From Cenococcum geophilum (taxonomy: Eukaryota), in contig CP158635.1 in NCBI GenBank assembly GCA_050273025.1, positions 28,458,001 through 28,522,000 on the forward strand: a DNA stretch of 64,000 bases, written 5' to 3'. Under the pieces are notes generated by a model, which saw nothing but the letters and a program-made list of their open reading frames with translations, had not been told where the DNA came from and ran no database searches. The translations under genes and the position numbers were made by a program. Positions 11,855-23,355 of the stretch are shown piece by piece (position 1 is the stretch's first letter; each line of letters begins with the position of its first letter).

Positions 11855-14800
11855 ACGTCTTTATTCTTTCTTTAGCTATACTACTTATTTTCTTCGCTTG
11901 CCGTAGTAATAATAATATTCTTAGCTTATATCCATAATTTGCCTTAAATGGTAATATGCCTATTCCTTCTTAAGGTGTTGTATTATATGTAAACTATATA
12001 ACTGGTAATAGTAATACCTAATTATTCTGTATATAATTAATATAATGCCTTAGATACTATTCTAGTGTCTAATTTAATCTTTCCCTTTAACCGTCTATCT
12101 GCGGATAATATGCGGTGGAAGTTACTGCTTAAACTCCTTGCTCCGCTAAAAATACCTCCTAGAATACTGCTATAAATCTTAAATCTCTATCTAATATAAT
12201 CTTACTTAGTGCTCTATATTTTACGAACACTTCTTTAATATAGATTCTAGCGATATCCTCTGCTGAGATTTCTTCCGTATAGGCTATAAAGTATCCCCAC
12301 TTTATAAGCTTGTTTACTATTATTAAGATTGCGTTATAATCCTGTCTAGTAATAGGGTCCCTTAACTTTAGTAGTTTAATAATAAAGTCCTATAATATAA
12401 CTTCCTATAGTCTCTCTGGTGTTTTAATAGGTTGTAGCCCTCTATATGGCTTATACCTTATTAGTTTATTCCTTTAGCAATCTAGATATTCCTTTATTAC
12501 TTTTCTTACGATATTCTAGATTCTATTAATAATATACTTCTCCTAGAGTCTTAACACTAAGCCTATGGCCCTATTATGTTCTTAAGTTAATCCCTTATAG
12601 AATTCTTCCACGAATTGCTCTGCTATGCTTCTTAGGATATACTTTACTTCTTAGTTTTTGTATATGTCCGTTTATAGATCTTCTAGCTATACTTCTAGAC
12701 TCCTTTATACCTAAAAGCTTTCTAGTGTCTTATAGACTTTCCCTAGCTCCTTATCTTCCTAAGTTGCTATAATCTTTAAATAATTATACCTAATCAATCT
12801 ATCTATATCTCTTTGCAGTAAAGCCCCTAATGGCTTTTTATTATTTTATAGTTTAGCCTTTTAACTTAGAGCGTCCGCCCTTATATTGTCTGTACCCTTA
12901 GTATACTAAATCTTAAAATAGTATTCCGTAAGTATCTCTGCCCATCTAACCTGTCTTTAGTTGAGTTCCTTTATTATTAAAAATCCTATTAGGTTCTTAT
13001 AATCCGTCTTAACTATAAATAGTTTCTCTATGCCTTATAAGAATGCTCTTTATTCTTTTAGTACTGTAACTATACCTAATAACTCCTTGTTATAGATGTT
13101 ATAGTTTAACTCTAGTAGTATTATCTTCCGACTATAGTATGCTACTAGGTGCTATCTATCTTGGTATTTCTATATAAAGTACGCCCCTAGTATATAGTCT
13201 AATATATCTGTTTCTATAACCGTCTCTAGTCCTAGTTAATAGATCTTAAGAACTGGCTCTTAGGTAAACAACTCCTTAATTTTCCTAAAGAGTCTCTACT
13301 GTTCCTCTCCCTATATCTACGGTTCTTCTTTCTTTATTAAGCGCGTAAGTAGTTCAATATCCTTTAACCATTGCGCTATAAACCTTCTATAGTAATTATA
13401 AAACCCTAGGAATAATCTTAACTACATAACGTTCTCTAGTTCTTACCAATTCACTATAGCCTTAATCTTTTTTAGATCTATACTAAGTTGGCCTAGTTTA
13501 ATAATAAATCTAACAAAATTAGTCTTCCTTGTAAAGAACTCGTATTTCTTAATTGCTACTAGCATCTGTTCTTCTTATAATCTCTTTAAGACCCATTTAA
13601 CATGTTCCCCGTGCTCTTTTTTACTTATTAAGTAGATAATAATATCGTTAAGATATGCTATAACAAATTTATCTAAGTGTTCTCCTAATATATTGTTAAT
13701 ATGCTTCTAGAACGTTGCTAGTGCGTTTATAAGCCCGAATTACATAACTAATGGTTTATATAGTCCTTTCTTTAACCTAAAGGCTGCCTTCTATTTGTTG
13801 CCTTCCTTAATCCTAATCTAATAATACGCCTATTTTAGATCTATCTTTATAAAGATTTGCGCATTACCTATCCTGTTTTAAATTTCGCTAATTAAGGGTA
13901 AAGGATACCTATCTTTTCTAGTAATGCTGTTTAACTATCTATAGTCGATATACAGCCTTAGTTTACCATTCTTCTTTAGTATAAATAGTACTAGATAACC
14001 TGCTAATAACTGCAATAGCCTAATGTATCCCTTTTATAGGTTTTTCTAGACAAACTCTTTTAATGCTCTACCTTCTTCTTTAGTAAGCTTATAGATTGGA
14101 AAGAACTTTAGACTTATTTCTGGTTCCAATTCTATCTTATAGTCCTATACTATATACTTTAATAGCTTCTTACTTTCTAGTGACTATAGTTTCTTACTAT
14201 ACTTGTAGTATCTTTTTAGTATATAATTTAAGCCTTGCTCAGTCTCTTTATATATCGCTCCAACTTAGTACTATACTAACTTAGCTTATTATCGCATTTT
14301 ATGGCGTTAAGTATCTTTAATATCGACTTAACCTATAATCCAATCGATTTTTAGATTATATTCCTATAACTAAGGTATACCTAATACTGCCTTATCCCGT
14401 CCTAATAGTAGGATATTAAAAGATATCTTAATTCGTCTTCCTTTAATGGTTAACTAAATAGGTCCTGTTTTAAGGTTAATAATCCCTCCTTTGTAGGCTA
14501 TTAGATCTCCTAAAATTATAACTAATAAATAAGGTTGCTCCTTCTGTTTGTAAGGTAGTCCTATTCTTTTAACTACTGCTAGTAAAATATAGTTTCGCGT
14601 TACTCCACTATCTATTAGCGCTTTAAACTGCTAATCCTACTACTTAATTTATAAATTTAGGTGTTATCCTTAAATTCCTTTAAGGGTTTAAGGCTCTACT
14701 ACTAGCTCCCTCTGGTCCCGTAGGCCTCTACTTTTCCTAACTATTAGCTGCTTAATCCTATTATACTTAGCTTATTCTTTAGCTAATACCTAGTTCGCTT

Positions 14801-17800
14801 TTTGTCCTTAATATACTATAGACACGTATTCTCTAGGCATTTCCACTACTATTATCCGTCTAAGCATTCTTCTATAAGAAATCTTCCTGGTTAAAGTATT
14901 AAGTTGCCTAACTCCTGTACTTCTATTAGATGCCAGCTATATATATACTTAGCATTCCTGTATTATTACTTATCTATTATCTAATATATCCTTATAGGGT
15001 ATTTCCGATTCTTTTCTTTTGGATTCTTATATATTTCGCATATATCGTCTATATATGCAATCTATAATAGCGTATAATATGCTAGGTACTTTAGGTTAAT
15101 TCTTAGTTTATCTTTATCCCTAAGTTTAAACCCTTATTATACTAATCTAAACGTTATAACTTTATTCGCAGGTACTAAGATGCATCTTTCACTTCTCTAG
15201 TCCTCTAATCGTTCCTCTAAATCCTTTAACGTTATAATTAAGGCTCCTTTAATATAAGTTATAGCCTTTTCTATAATCGGGTGGTCTTGGATAACTTTTT
15301 CGTCCAACTATATATAGAAATCTTCCTACTTATCGTTGTGCCTTTGTTTATACCACTTTTAGTACAGCTACTAGAGTATATACGGCCTATCTATAAGGAA
15401 GTATCTTCTTATTACTATATTATAATAGCCCTTTATATATTATTCCTTAAATCTAGTAGGGATCCCTAGATCCTCTTCGTTTTCTAGTTTAGTAAGCCAC
15501 TTAGCTCTTAGTATGCCTACTCTAGGCCTATTAGTGATTCTACGTACTAGCGCCCTATCCCTTATATATCCTAATATGCTAGATCTCTTATCTAGTTTCT
15601 GTTCTTACTATGCGATAATTCTTTGCCTAAATTCTTCTATGGTTTCTTTTGGTTTATATCTTACTAATAGATCCTTAAAGTCTTCTTGCTTCTTAATCTT
15701 AGTATTAACTTTTTAATCTTTAGTCTGAACACTATATTCTACTAGTAAATCCTCTAGGTTTATATATCTGTCTTCTAGTCTAGTTGCTGTTTATATTACA
15801 GATTCTCTAATCTGTAAGGAAGCTCCTTGCTTTTTACTTATAGGTGTCCTAATTTATACTCCGAATTCTTAGTCCCTTAGATTCTTTAATCCTAAGCTTG
15901 CTTCTAACTTAAGCTTAGCTCTAGCCTTAGTCTAACTAGGCTTGTTTAGTGTTCTCATCTCGCCTTAAGAGTCTTAAATCTCACTTATTTTGTCTTAAGA
16001 ATCTTATACCTATGGGAAACTCTATCCCGAGCTTATTTATATATTACTAAACTAAGCTACTACTCTGCTCTATCGGTTATTGTCCGTTATAGGTCTTTAA
16101 GCTTACCTTATCTTATCTTAAGAATCTTAGTTATCTTATATCTTATCTTAAGAATCTTAAGCCTTTGGCCTTTTGCCTTTATTAAGTACTAAAGTAGTTT
16201 ACTATCCTACTTCTCTTGCGTCTCGTAAAGCGATAGATATTATATCTAGTAGGGTCTTAATCCCTACTAATATTCCCTATTCTGTAGTGGAATTATCCTC
16301 TACCTCTTATATAATATCTTTAATAGCTACATATTCCTAGTAAACCGCTCTTATTACCTTATTGTTACGGAATATTTTACCTACATTAAATTTATCGTCC
16401 TTAATGTCCGATCTGCAAACTAGTTTATTAGTTCCTCTATATCTTATAGGTACTGGCTCTTATAGCTAGTAGCTTACGCCGTACTTAGTGTCCTTATAAA
16501 TTCGGTATGCGTTATTATAACAAAACGCGAAACTTTTAATTAAACACTCTTTTGTTCCTTGCAGTATATTATTATCCCTCTATACGTATATATTATCTAC
16601 CGTTAGTCTAGTTCCTTTTATTATATAGTACTTCTAACTATCTTTATAATCCCTCGCGAAGTGACCTTATTTTCCGCAATTTATACAAGCTCCCTCTCTA
16701 AACTATTAACTTTGCTATAGAGTCCGCCTAAACGTCTTCTGCTGCTAAGATCCCTAGTTTAGCCTCTACTCCTTAGACCTTTAATTACTTAATCCTTATC
16801 CCCTAGGTTTCTATAGTTTCTTACTCTATCTCTTATAGGCTTCTTTAGTACTACTTAGGTCTATTAGCTCTGCGCTATACTATAGGTTTTAACTTAGCTT
16901 TAGTTATTACGTACTTTGCGCCTTATATAACTATAGAACTCTATCCTAACCTTTTTTAGTCTATTCCCTTTAGTAGATCTAATTGTTAATCTTAATTACT
17001 TAGTTTATTAGTTCCCTTAGGGTATCCGCATCTTCTATTAGGATAATTACGTCCTAGACTTTAGCCTTAAGTCCCTATTTATACTATGCTATAAGCGCCC
17101 TATTATTCCACTCTACTTATATTGCTAATGTCTAGAACTATATTGTATACTTAATTACTAAGGTCCGTTGCGTAATGTCTTGGAGTTTTCTTTCTACTAT
17201 AGTTACTGCCTCTGGGTCTCTAAACATTTGCGTAAATCGCTCTATAAATCCGTTCCAGCTTAAGAACATAAACTGTACCTCTTAGTTTATAGTCGTTATT
17301 CCGTTTACCTAGATTTCCATAAGGTAAGATTTAAACTATTTAAGTGCCCTTCCTGTTAAGAACAATCCTGCGTACGCTATTTAATCCATAGGTATTGCTA
17401 GCTTAGCTCCCTCTTACGCTACCTTAAAGTGCATTTGCGTAAGGAATCCTTTAAGCTTTAATCTCTCTCCTAAGAATCTTTCGATTAATAGTAACTTAAC
17501 CTTTACTGCACCTATCCCGTTAATCCTGTTTTCTAATATTACATTATTTTCTGTTAGCTAGTCGACTATCTCTTATAGCTGTCTAACCGTTATAGGTTGC
17601 TATAAGTTAGTATCTGCTATACTAGTGTCGTTATCTAACCTTAATGTAGTTGCCGCCGTTAATGGCGTTGTGGTGGCTGCTTTTGGTGGCATATTATCCG
17701 ACTTTCTGTACTTAATACTATAACTAGGTAGTAATTATGTAACGGAACCTTATAGTAAGAACTACGGTAGGTCCTGTTATTAGGCTAGGTATATAGGAAA

Positions 17801-20242
17801 TATAAGTAATAAAAGTCAACAACGTAATAATAACTGGTGGAGTAGTTGCCTAATAGATTAACTCTAATTGTATTCTAAGAATTACTATAAGGAAGGAACT
17901 ATCTAGGTAGGGACTAAGGGTCCTTAAATACACAACCGTACTCCTATGAAATCCTTCTTATACGTGATGTACGTCTTATACGTAAGGTACGTAAGTTCCT
18001 CCCGTTCCTCTTATTTAACACGTAGCACGTTATATAACCTTGGTTACCATTCCTCGTCACATAGTTCTATCGGCTCCATCCTAGACCATGCTTAAATTAA
18101 CCAACTAGCTTCTTCCGTCTCTTCTCCAAGTAGTCGTAATATCGTACTTAAAGCGTCCGTAACAATTAGCCTGCCGTTAAATGGTTAATTTAAACAGAGT
18201 TATTAAGCTACTAAAGGGCTCGAACTTAAGGTTCTCCTACTATAGGTACCCCTGCGGCTATAGTATCTGGTATAATACTATAGAAGATATTCGCTAAGTA
18301 TTTATTATTAAAGGAGAACGCGGAGCTCTCCTTTAGCTTATTAAAAATATCTAACTTCGTAATAGAATGGAGCGTAGATTAGTTATTAAGAATAGTAACA
18401 GTTTATATGCCATCTACCTCACTATACTTAGTAAAGTATTAGTTAAGTAAATAGTCCTTAATTTCTATATCTATAAGGAGCCGTTTAGCCTTATTAACCT
18501 TACCTTTAAGATCTTTTACGCCTTTATATTAAATTAGGAAGCTTTAAAAGTAGGCCATAGTAGCCTTATAATTTTTAACGTTTCTTATACTCTGGCGAAA
18601 CTTATTATATACCTCCTTTCGTTTATTAAGAAAATGCCTAGTTAACTAGCAATTCGGTTTCTCGCAAACGTAGCACTTCTTTTAGTAATTACTTTAAAAT
18701 AAACCTCTACAAGGACCTCTACCTTTGCCTTATAGTTGTTAATTATACCCTCTACTATATTACCTACCACGGCTACTATATATTCGATTAGTCTAGTTAT
18801 AATTATATTAGTTAGGTAGGTTAATTAAAGTAGGTTAGAGTTAGGCGTTAAATTGCTATACTTCTTAAGAGCGTAGAGCGGTGCTAATAGAAGATCTTAA
18901 TTAAGTATATACTCCTTTATAAGTATTTACAGGATTAAAGAGAGTAAGGTTACATTCTTTAACGCCTTAGCATACACTAATAACTTAATTACGTAGTGTT
19001 ACGGCACCGTAACGGATCTAGTCAGGGGGCTCGCTTAAGCCTTGGCATATGTATATAGACGTGTGCTTTTCCACCTTCTACTCCTTATCTTGATATCCGG
19101 GTCCATAGACATTCCAATTATACAGGCTTGCATACGTTCTTTACGGCGCTCGTGCCTTAATTAACTGAGTCGCTGTGACATTATATCAAGATCCCTCAGT
19201 TAGACGCAGGCTATTGTAATCCAGGTTAAGTCCTGTAGTGGACGGGTGGACGGAGCCCTACACGCAGGCAAAGGAAGGAGATGCACACTTCTATAACAAA
19301 GCAAGGACTAAAGTCCTATGGTGGCTGGGTTGCGAGAAGCTTAGTCCCTACACCGTATAGGCACCCTCATGTTTCTTTTTGTTTTTATTTCAATTCTCTA
19401 CTAAACGGCCGCCTATGCTATGGGGAAGCACGTGCCAGACAGTAACCTCTTTCCGACCGTACGAACTCGATCGACAACGACAAAAGGTCCTATGACGACG
19501 CGTGTATCTGTCAACCGAACGCGTATGTCTACCTACCTACCGACCGACCGACCGTACGTCTACGGACGCTTGCACCGTACTGCTACCTAAATAGTCCTTT
19601 TTGACAGACACTAAGCCACGTATACTGTGAGGAACGAAATCGGTTGATACTGAGACTAGTGCTGTGCACTGGCTGCGATGAACGACCCCGACTGATACTG
19701 AGTAATACGAGCTTTGAGGAACGAAATCACTAGGACTACCGACGCTGGCATCACTCTGCTATTGACTACCGATCGTGCCGAGATGCATACGATCTAGACA
19801 ACAGTAGCGCCAATACGCCTGCTACTACGACCTGACTACAACTGTGCCGATACGCCTACAGTCTTCTGACCGTACGATCGTGCCGTTACGCCTGCGATCC
19901 ACGACTTCCGCTTGCATCGTACTGCTACAACAAACGACTGTACTGCCCTGCCACAGTCGACGAGACAATGATCGTGCCTCTACGCCTACGATCACTCAAC
20001 CAATCGATAGCCCGAGCTCTACGTTCGACCTGCTATCACATGACAACCGATAGACGAGCTCTGTGCTCGACCACTATCGTTACCGCCGCTAGTACCGTAC
20101 TACTACCCAAATGGACATCTGCTGCTCCTGCCTGCAGCTAAACCTTAATTCGACCACTACTGCTCCTGCCTGCAGTACTACAACCGACATCTGCTGCTAC
20201 TCCCGCAGCACTACGATCGACCCTCGCTGCTCTGCCTGCAGC

Positions 20243-23200
20243 CAGACTTGCTAATAAGCAAGCAAACCCCTGCTTGCTTGCTTGCTTGCTTGTCTTGGCA
20301 GGAAGCAAGCAAGCAAGCAAGAAGACCTTATTTGGGCAATTAAGCAAGCAAAGGAAGGCCTTACTTGCTTGCTTGCTTGTTAATTGCTTGTATATAGTTA
20401 ACTTAGTAGTAGCGGTAGTTGGTAATAGACCTTTGGTGTTTTTGGGGTTAATTTCCGGTGTCTAAAGTAATGCAAATAGTGCAAATAAGCCCTTTTAGGC
20501 AATCGCTAAGCCTATTTAAAACGTTTTTCCGCGCCGACTAAAAGTCTTATGTAGCTCATAGTAAACAATAAATGCCTTCCTATCTTTATCCACCACTAAC
20601 TCCACCAATTCGATAGAACCCGCTTAGCCGCTGCTATGGCTATAACGTAAGACCTTACCGACGCGAACGTGAGCGCGATAGCCGCAGAAAACCTACTAAC
20701 CCCTATAATTCCACCGTTAGAAGTCGCCGCACCTGACGAGCTTATAGATGACAATAATGTTAACAATTACGACGGCATTAACTGGAAACGACTATTAGAT
20801 CTTTAAAAGCCTCATTATAGCTTAAAGCGGACGCCTAGCTTTATCTATAAATACGGGTATAGGTGCTAAAGTCGGGTAAAGCTGGAGAAAATTATTTTTA
20901 TTTGTAAGTACTACTACTAATATAAAATTATTAACTGCGGAGGCCTTGGTTGTTATAATATATTAAATGCTAATACTGCTGCTCAAACGCATCTTACTAA
21001 AAATACTCCCGGCTACGGATACAATAAAAACGGAAAGATTATATTGAAGAAGCGTGGGTAAACTGTTCTTAAGTATCTCTAGGCTTTAGGTTAATACGTT
21101 TCTTAAGAAGCTGCTAACACAATTATCGACGGCTTTAATGCATCTATATTTAGGCAAGCAGCTATTAATTAGCTTACTAAAAACAACCACCTACTACGAG
21201 AGTTTAAAACCCTATCTTTCCGCTATATAATACAAATTGCAAATCCTAAGGCTGAGCGCGTACTCTGGCTTAATTATTAATTAGTGGTAGACTATATACT
21301 AGCCAACTACGAAGTATACCTCCCCTCTATTACTAAGGCTCTCGCTGCCGCTAGATTACTCCTATATATATCCTTTAATGGCTAGTAGACTCCTAACGGC
21401 AAACTTGCTCTTACTGGCGTGTATACACATTACCTTAATAAGGAAGGCCGTATAGTGGACTATATGCTCACTCTGCCCGCGCAGCTTAGCTAGCACTTAG
21501 GAATTAACTACGCGGAAGTTATTAGTAACGTCCTTAATACGTTTAAGATTATAAAGGAGCGGCTTGGCTACTTTGTTACTAATAACGCCTGTATAAATAA
21601 TACTTATTTAGATTATCTGGCAGTTAAATTCGGCTTTAACAAGGCCTATAGGTGCGCGCGCTGTGCTTGCTATATCCTAAATCTAGTTGCTTAGTAGCTT
21701 ATATTTAGAAAGGATAAAGAAGCTTTTAAAAACGAGGATGCGAATATACTAGAAGAAAAAGAGTTCCTAAAGCAGTGGCGGAAGGAAGGACCGCTTGGAA
21801 CACTTTGTGACCTTATTAATTTAATTAACACGCCTTAGCTTGTGCAGCTATTCGAGTAATATTAAGTTAACGAGAATATGCCTCCGCAGAACGGCTTCCG
21901 AATTAAGCAGCTTATTAAGCCCGTTAAGACCCGCTAGAATAGCTACTACGTTGCCTTTAAACGAGCTACTAAGCTCTAAGCGCCTCTTAATTCGTTTGCC
22001 TAGTATTAGATTATAAAGTACAAAAAGGAAACGGCCTCCCTCAGATCTAAAGGCAAGAAGGTGCCTAAGCCTCGCCGCTATATCGCCGTTGGCGGCTTAA
22101 ACGTATACAATTAGTTAATTATTAATAAATATATGGAGATTCTTAGCCCTCTTAAAGAAGCTATGAGCTTAGTAGAAGGTAGAGGCAAGGCTGGTAAACA
22201 CGGCGCGATTTAGGAGGTCATTCCTACGTTTAATTAGCTGCTTAGAGTCTTTAAAGAAAAGAAGGATCACGTTTCTAAAGCTATAATAGAGGACTATCCG
22301 AATTAGGAAGCTATAGAGGATTATTTTATAATTAATATAAACGCAGCCTGGGTAAAGCTAAACGACTATTACCTTAAGCTTAATAATACTCCAGTATATT
22401 ACGCAGCAGTCCTTCTATATCCTTATTTTAAGCGCTTTTGCTAAAACACGTAGAAGGATAGGCCCGATTGGATTATTAGCGGCAACGCTGCCTTTTAAAC
22501 TCTCTAGCTTTAGTATAAAGATTATCCGCTACCTTTATTAGTAGAACTAGAGGCACCGCCTCTAAAGCGCGTGCGAGCCTCCGCCGGTCGTGAAAGCCAT
22601 ATTAATGCCTACTCTAGTACCTTAATACCAAGCCAGATAGCTTATAAGGATAAGTATACACGGTGGAAGTTGCTTAATCCTTTACTAAAGGAACACCCGT
22701 TAGCCCAGGATCTAATTAGGTACTAGTAGTAGATGTAAATTAAATTTCTATACCTCGCCTAGTTCGCCTTTAATATACTAACTATACTAGCTATAAGCGT
22801 AGATTGTAAGCGAGGATTTAGTAAAGCTGGTAATCTATTAGAGCCTCGTTAATCTAGGTTACAACTAATAATAATTGCTGCTCTATAATGCACGCGTTCT
22901 TGGAAGAAGATAGGCTATAAGAAGGCCGCTAGAAAAGGTAGTAAGTCTATTAATTTATACAAAGCTAATAGCTGATAAAGGAGCAGCTGCTATACCTACT
23001 TCCTCTACTACCTCCCAATCCTCTATACTATACTAAGATCACAATATACGCGCTGCCTTTACCGCATCTACCTTATAAACTGCCTCCAAATAGTGCAAAC
23101 GAGCTTATACTACAATTAATTAATAGTAGACGGGCTTAGTGGGCAATATACTACTAGGGGGCGAAGCCATAGCGGATTTTCTATAGAACCTTAACTTTAA

Positions 23201-23355
23201 ATTCTAGACTGTCTTGGCAAGTAATAAATAAGTAAGTAAGTAAGCAGACGTGATTTGAGGCTAATAAGTAAGTAAGTAAGCAAAGGACTTCTAAATCGGG
23301 CAATCAAGCAAGCAGAGGGGTGTTTTGCTTGCTTGCTTGCTTATTAGCAAGTCTG
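20243..23355 (+). mobile_element. hAT-superfamily DNA transposon, 3113 bp
   Basis: TIR CAGACTTGCTAATAAGCAAGCAA at both ends; 8-bp TSD CCTGCAGC/CCTACAGC; subterminal (AAGC)n arrays in both orientations. Confidence 0.95.
20636..22975 (+). pseudogene. hAT transposase, RIP-inactivated
   Basis: De-RIP motifs: BED-like FICKYCHQH, SFDGWQTPNGK, LGYFVTDNA..ND, RCACHILNLVAQ, PVKTRWNS, C-terminal PAMSADCERGFSEAG; end coordinate approximate. Confidence 0.9.

Larger units (their letters stand above)
9713..18164 (-). mobile_element. Gypsy-B: chromovirus-type Ty3/Gypsy LTR retrotransposon (about 8.0 kb net)
   Basis: 427-bp LTRs 9713-10139 and 17738-18164 (TGTAACGGA...TCCGTAACA); perfect TSD ATTAG (9708-9712, 18165-18169); minus-strand polypurine tract next to 10140; gag CCHC knuckle near 16660-16700, RT, RNase H, integrase, chromodomain (EYKVKWTGYDETTWEPPENL near 11260-11325). 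Confidence 0.95.

Noticed and set aside
19620..19740. Hammerhead ribozyme in the TRIM interior (ctgatactgag / gaacgaaatc)
   Set aside because: No exact CUGANGA core with correctly placed stems could be built by eye.
20250..20400. (AAGC)n/(GCTT)n as an independent microsatellite
   Set aside because: Mirrored at 23215-23345 and continuous with the TIRs, so these are hAT subterminal repeats.
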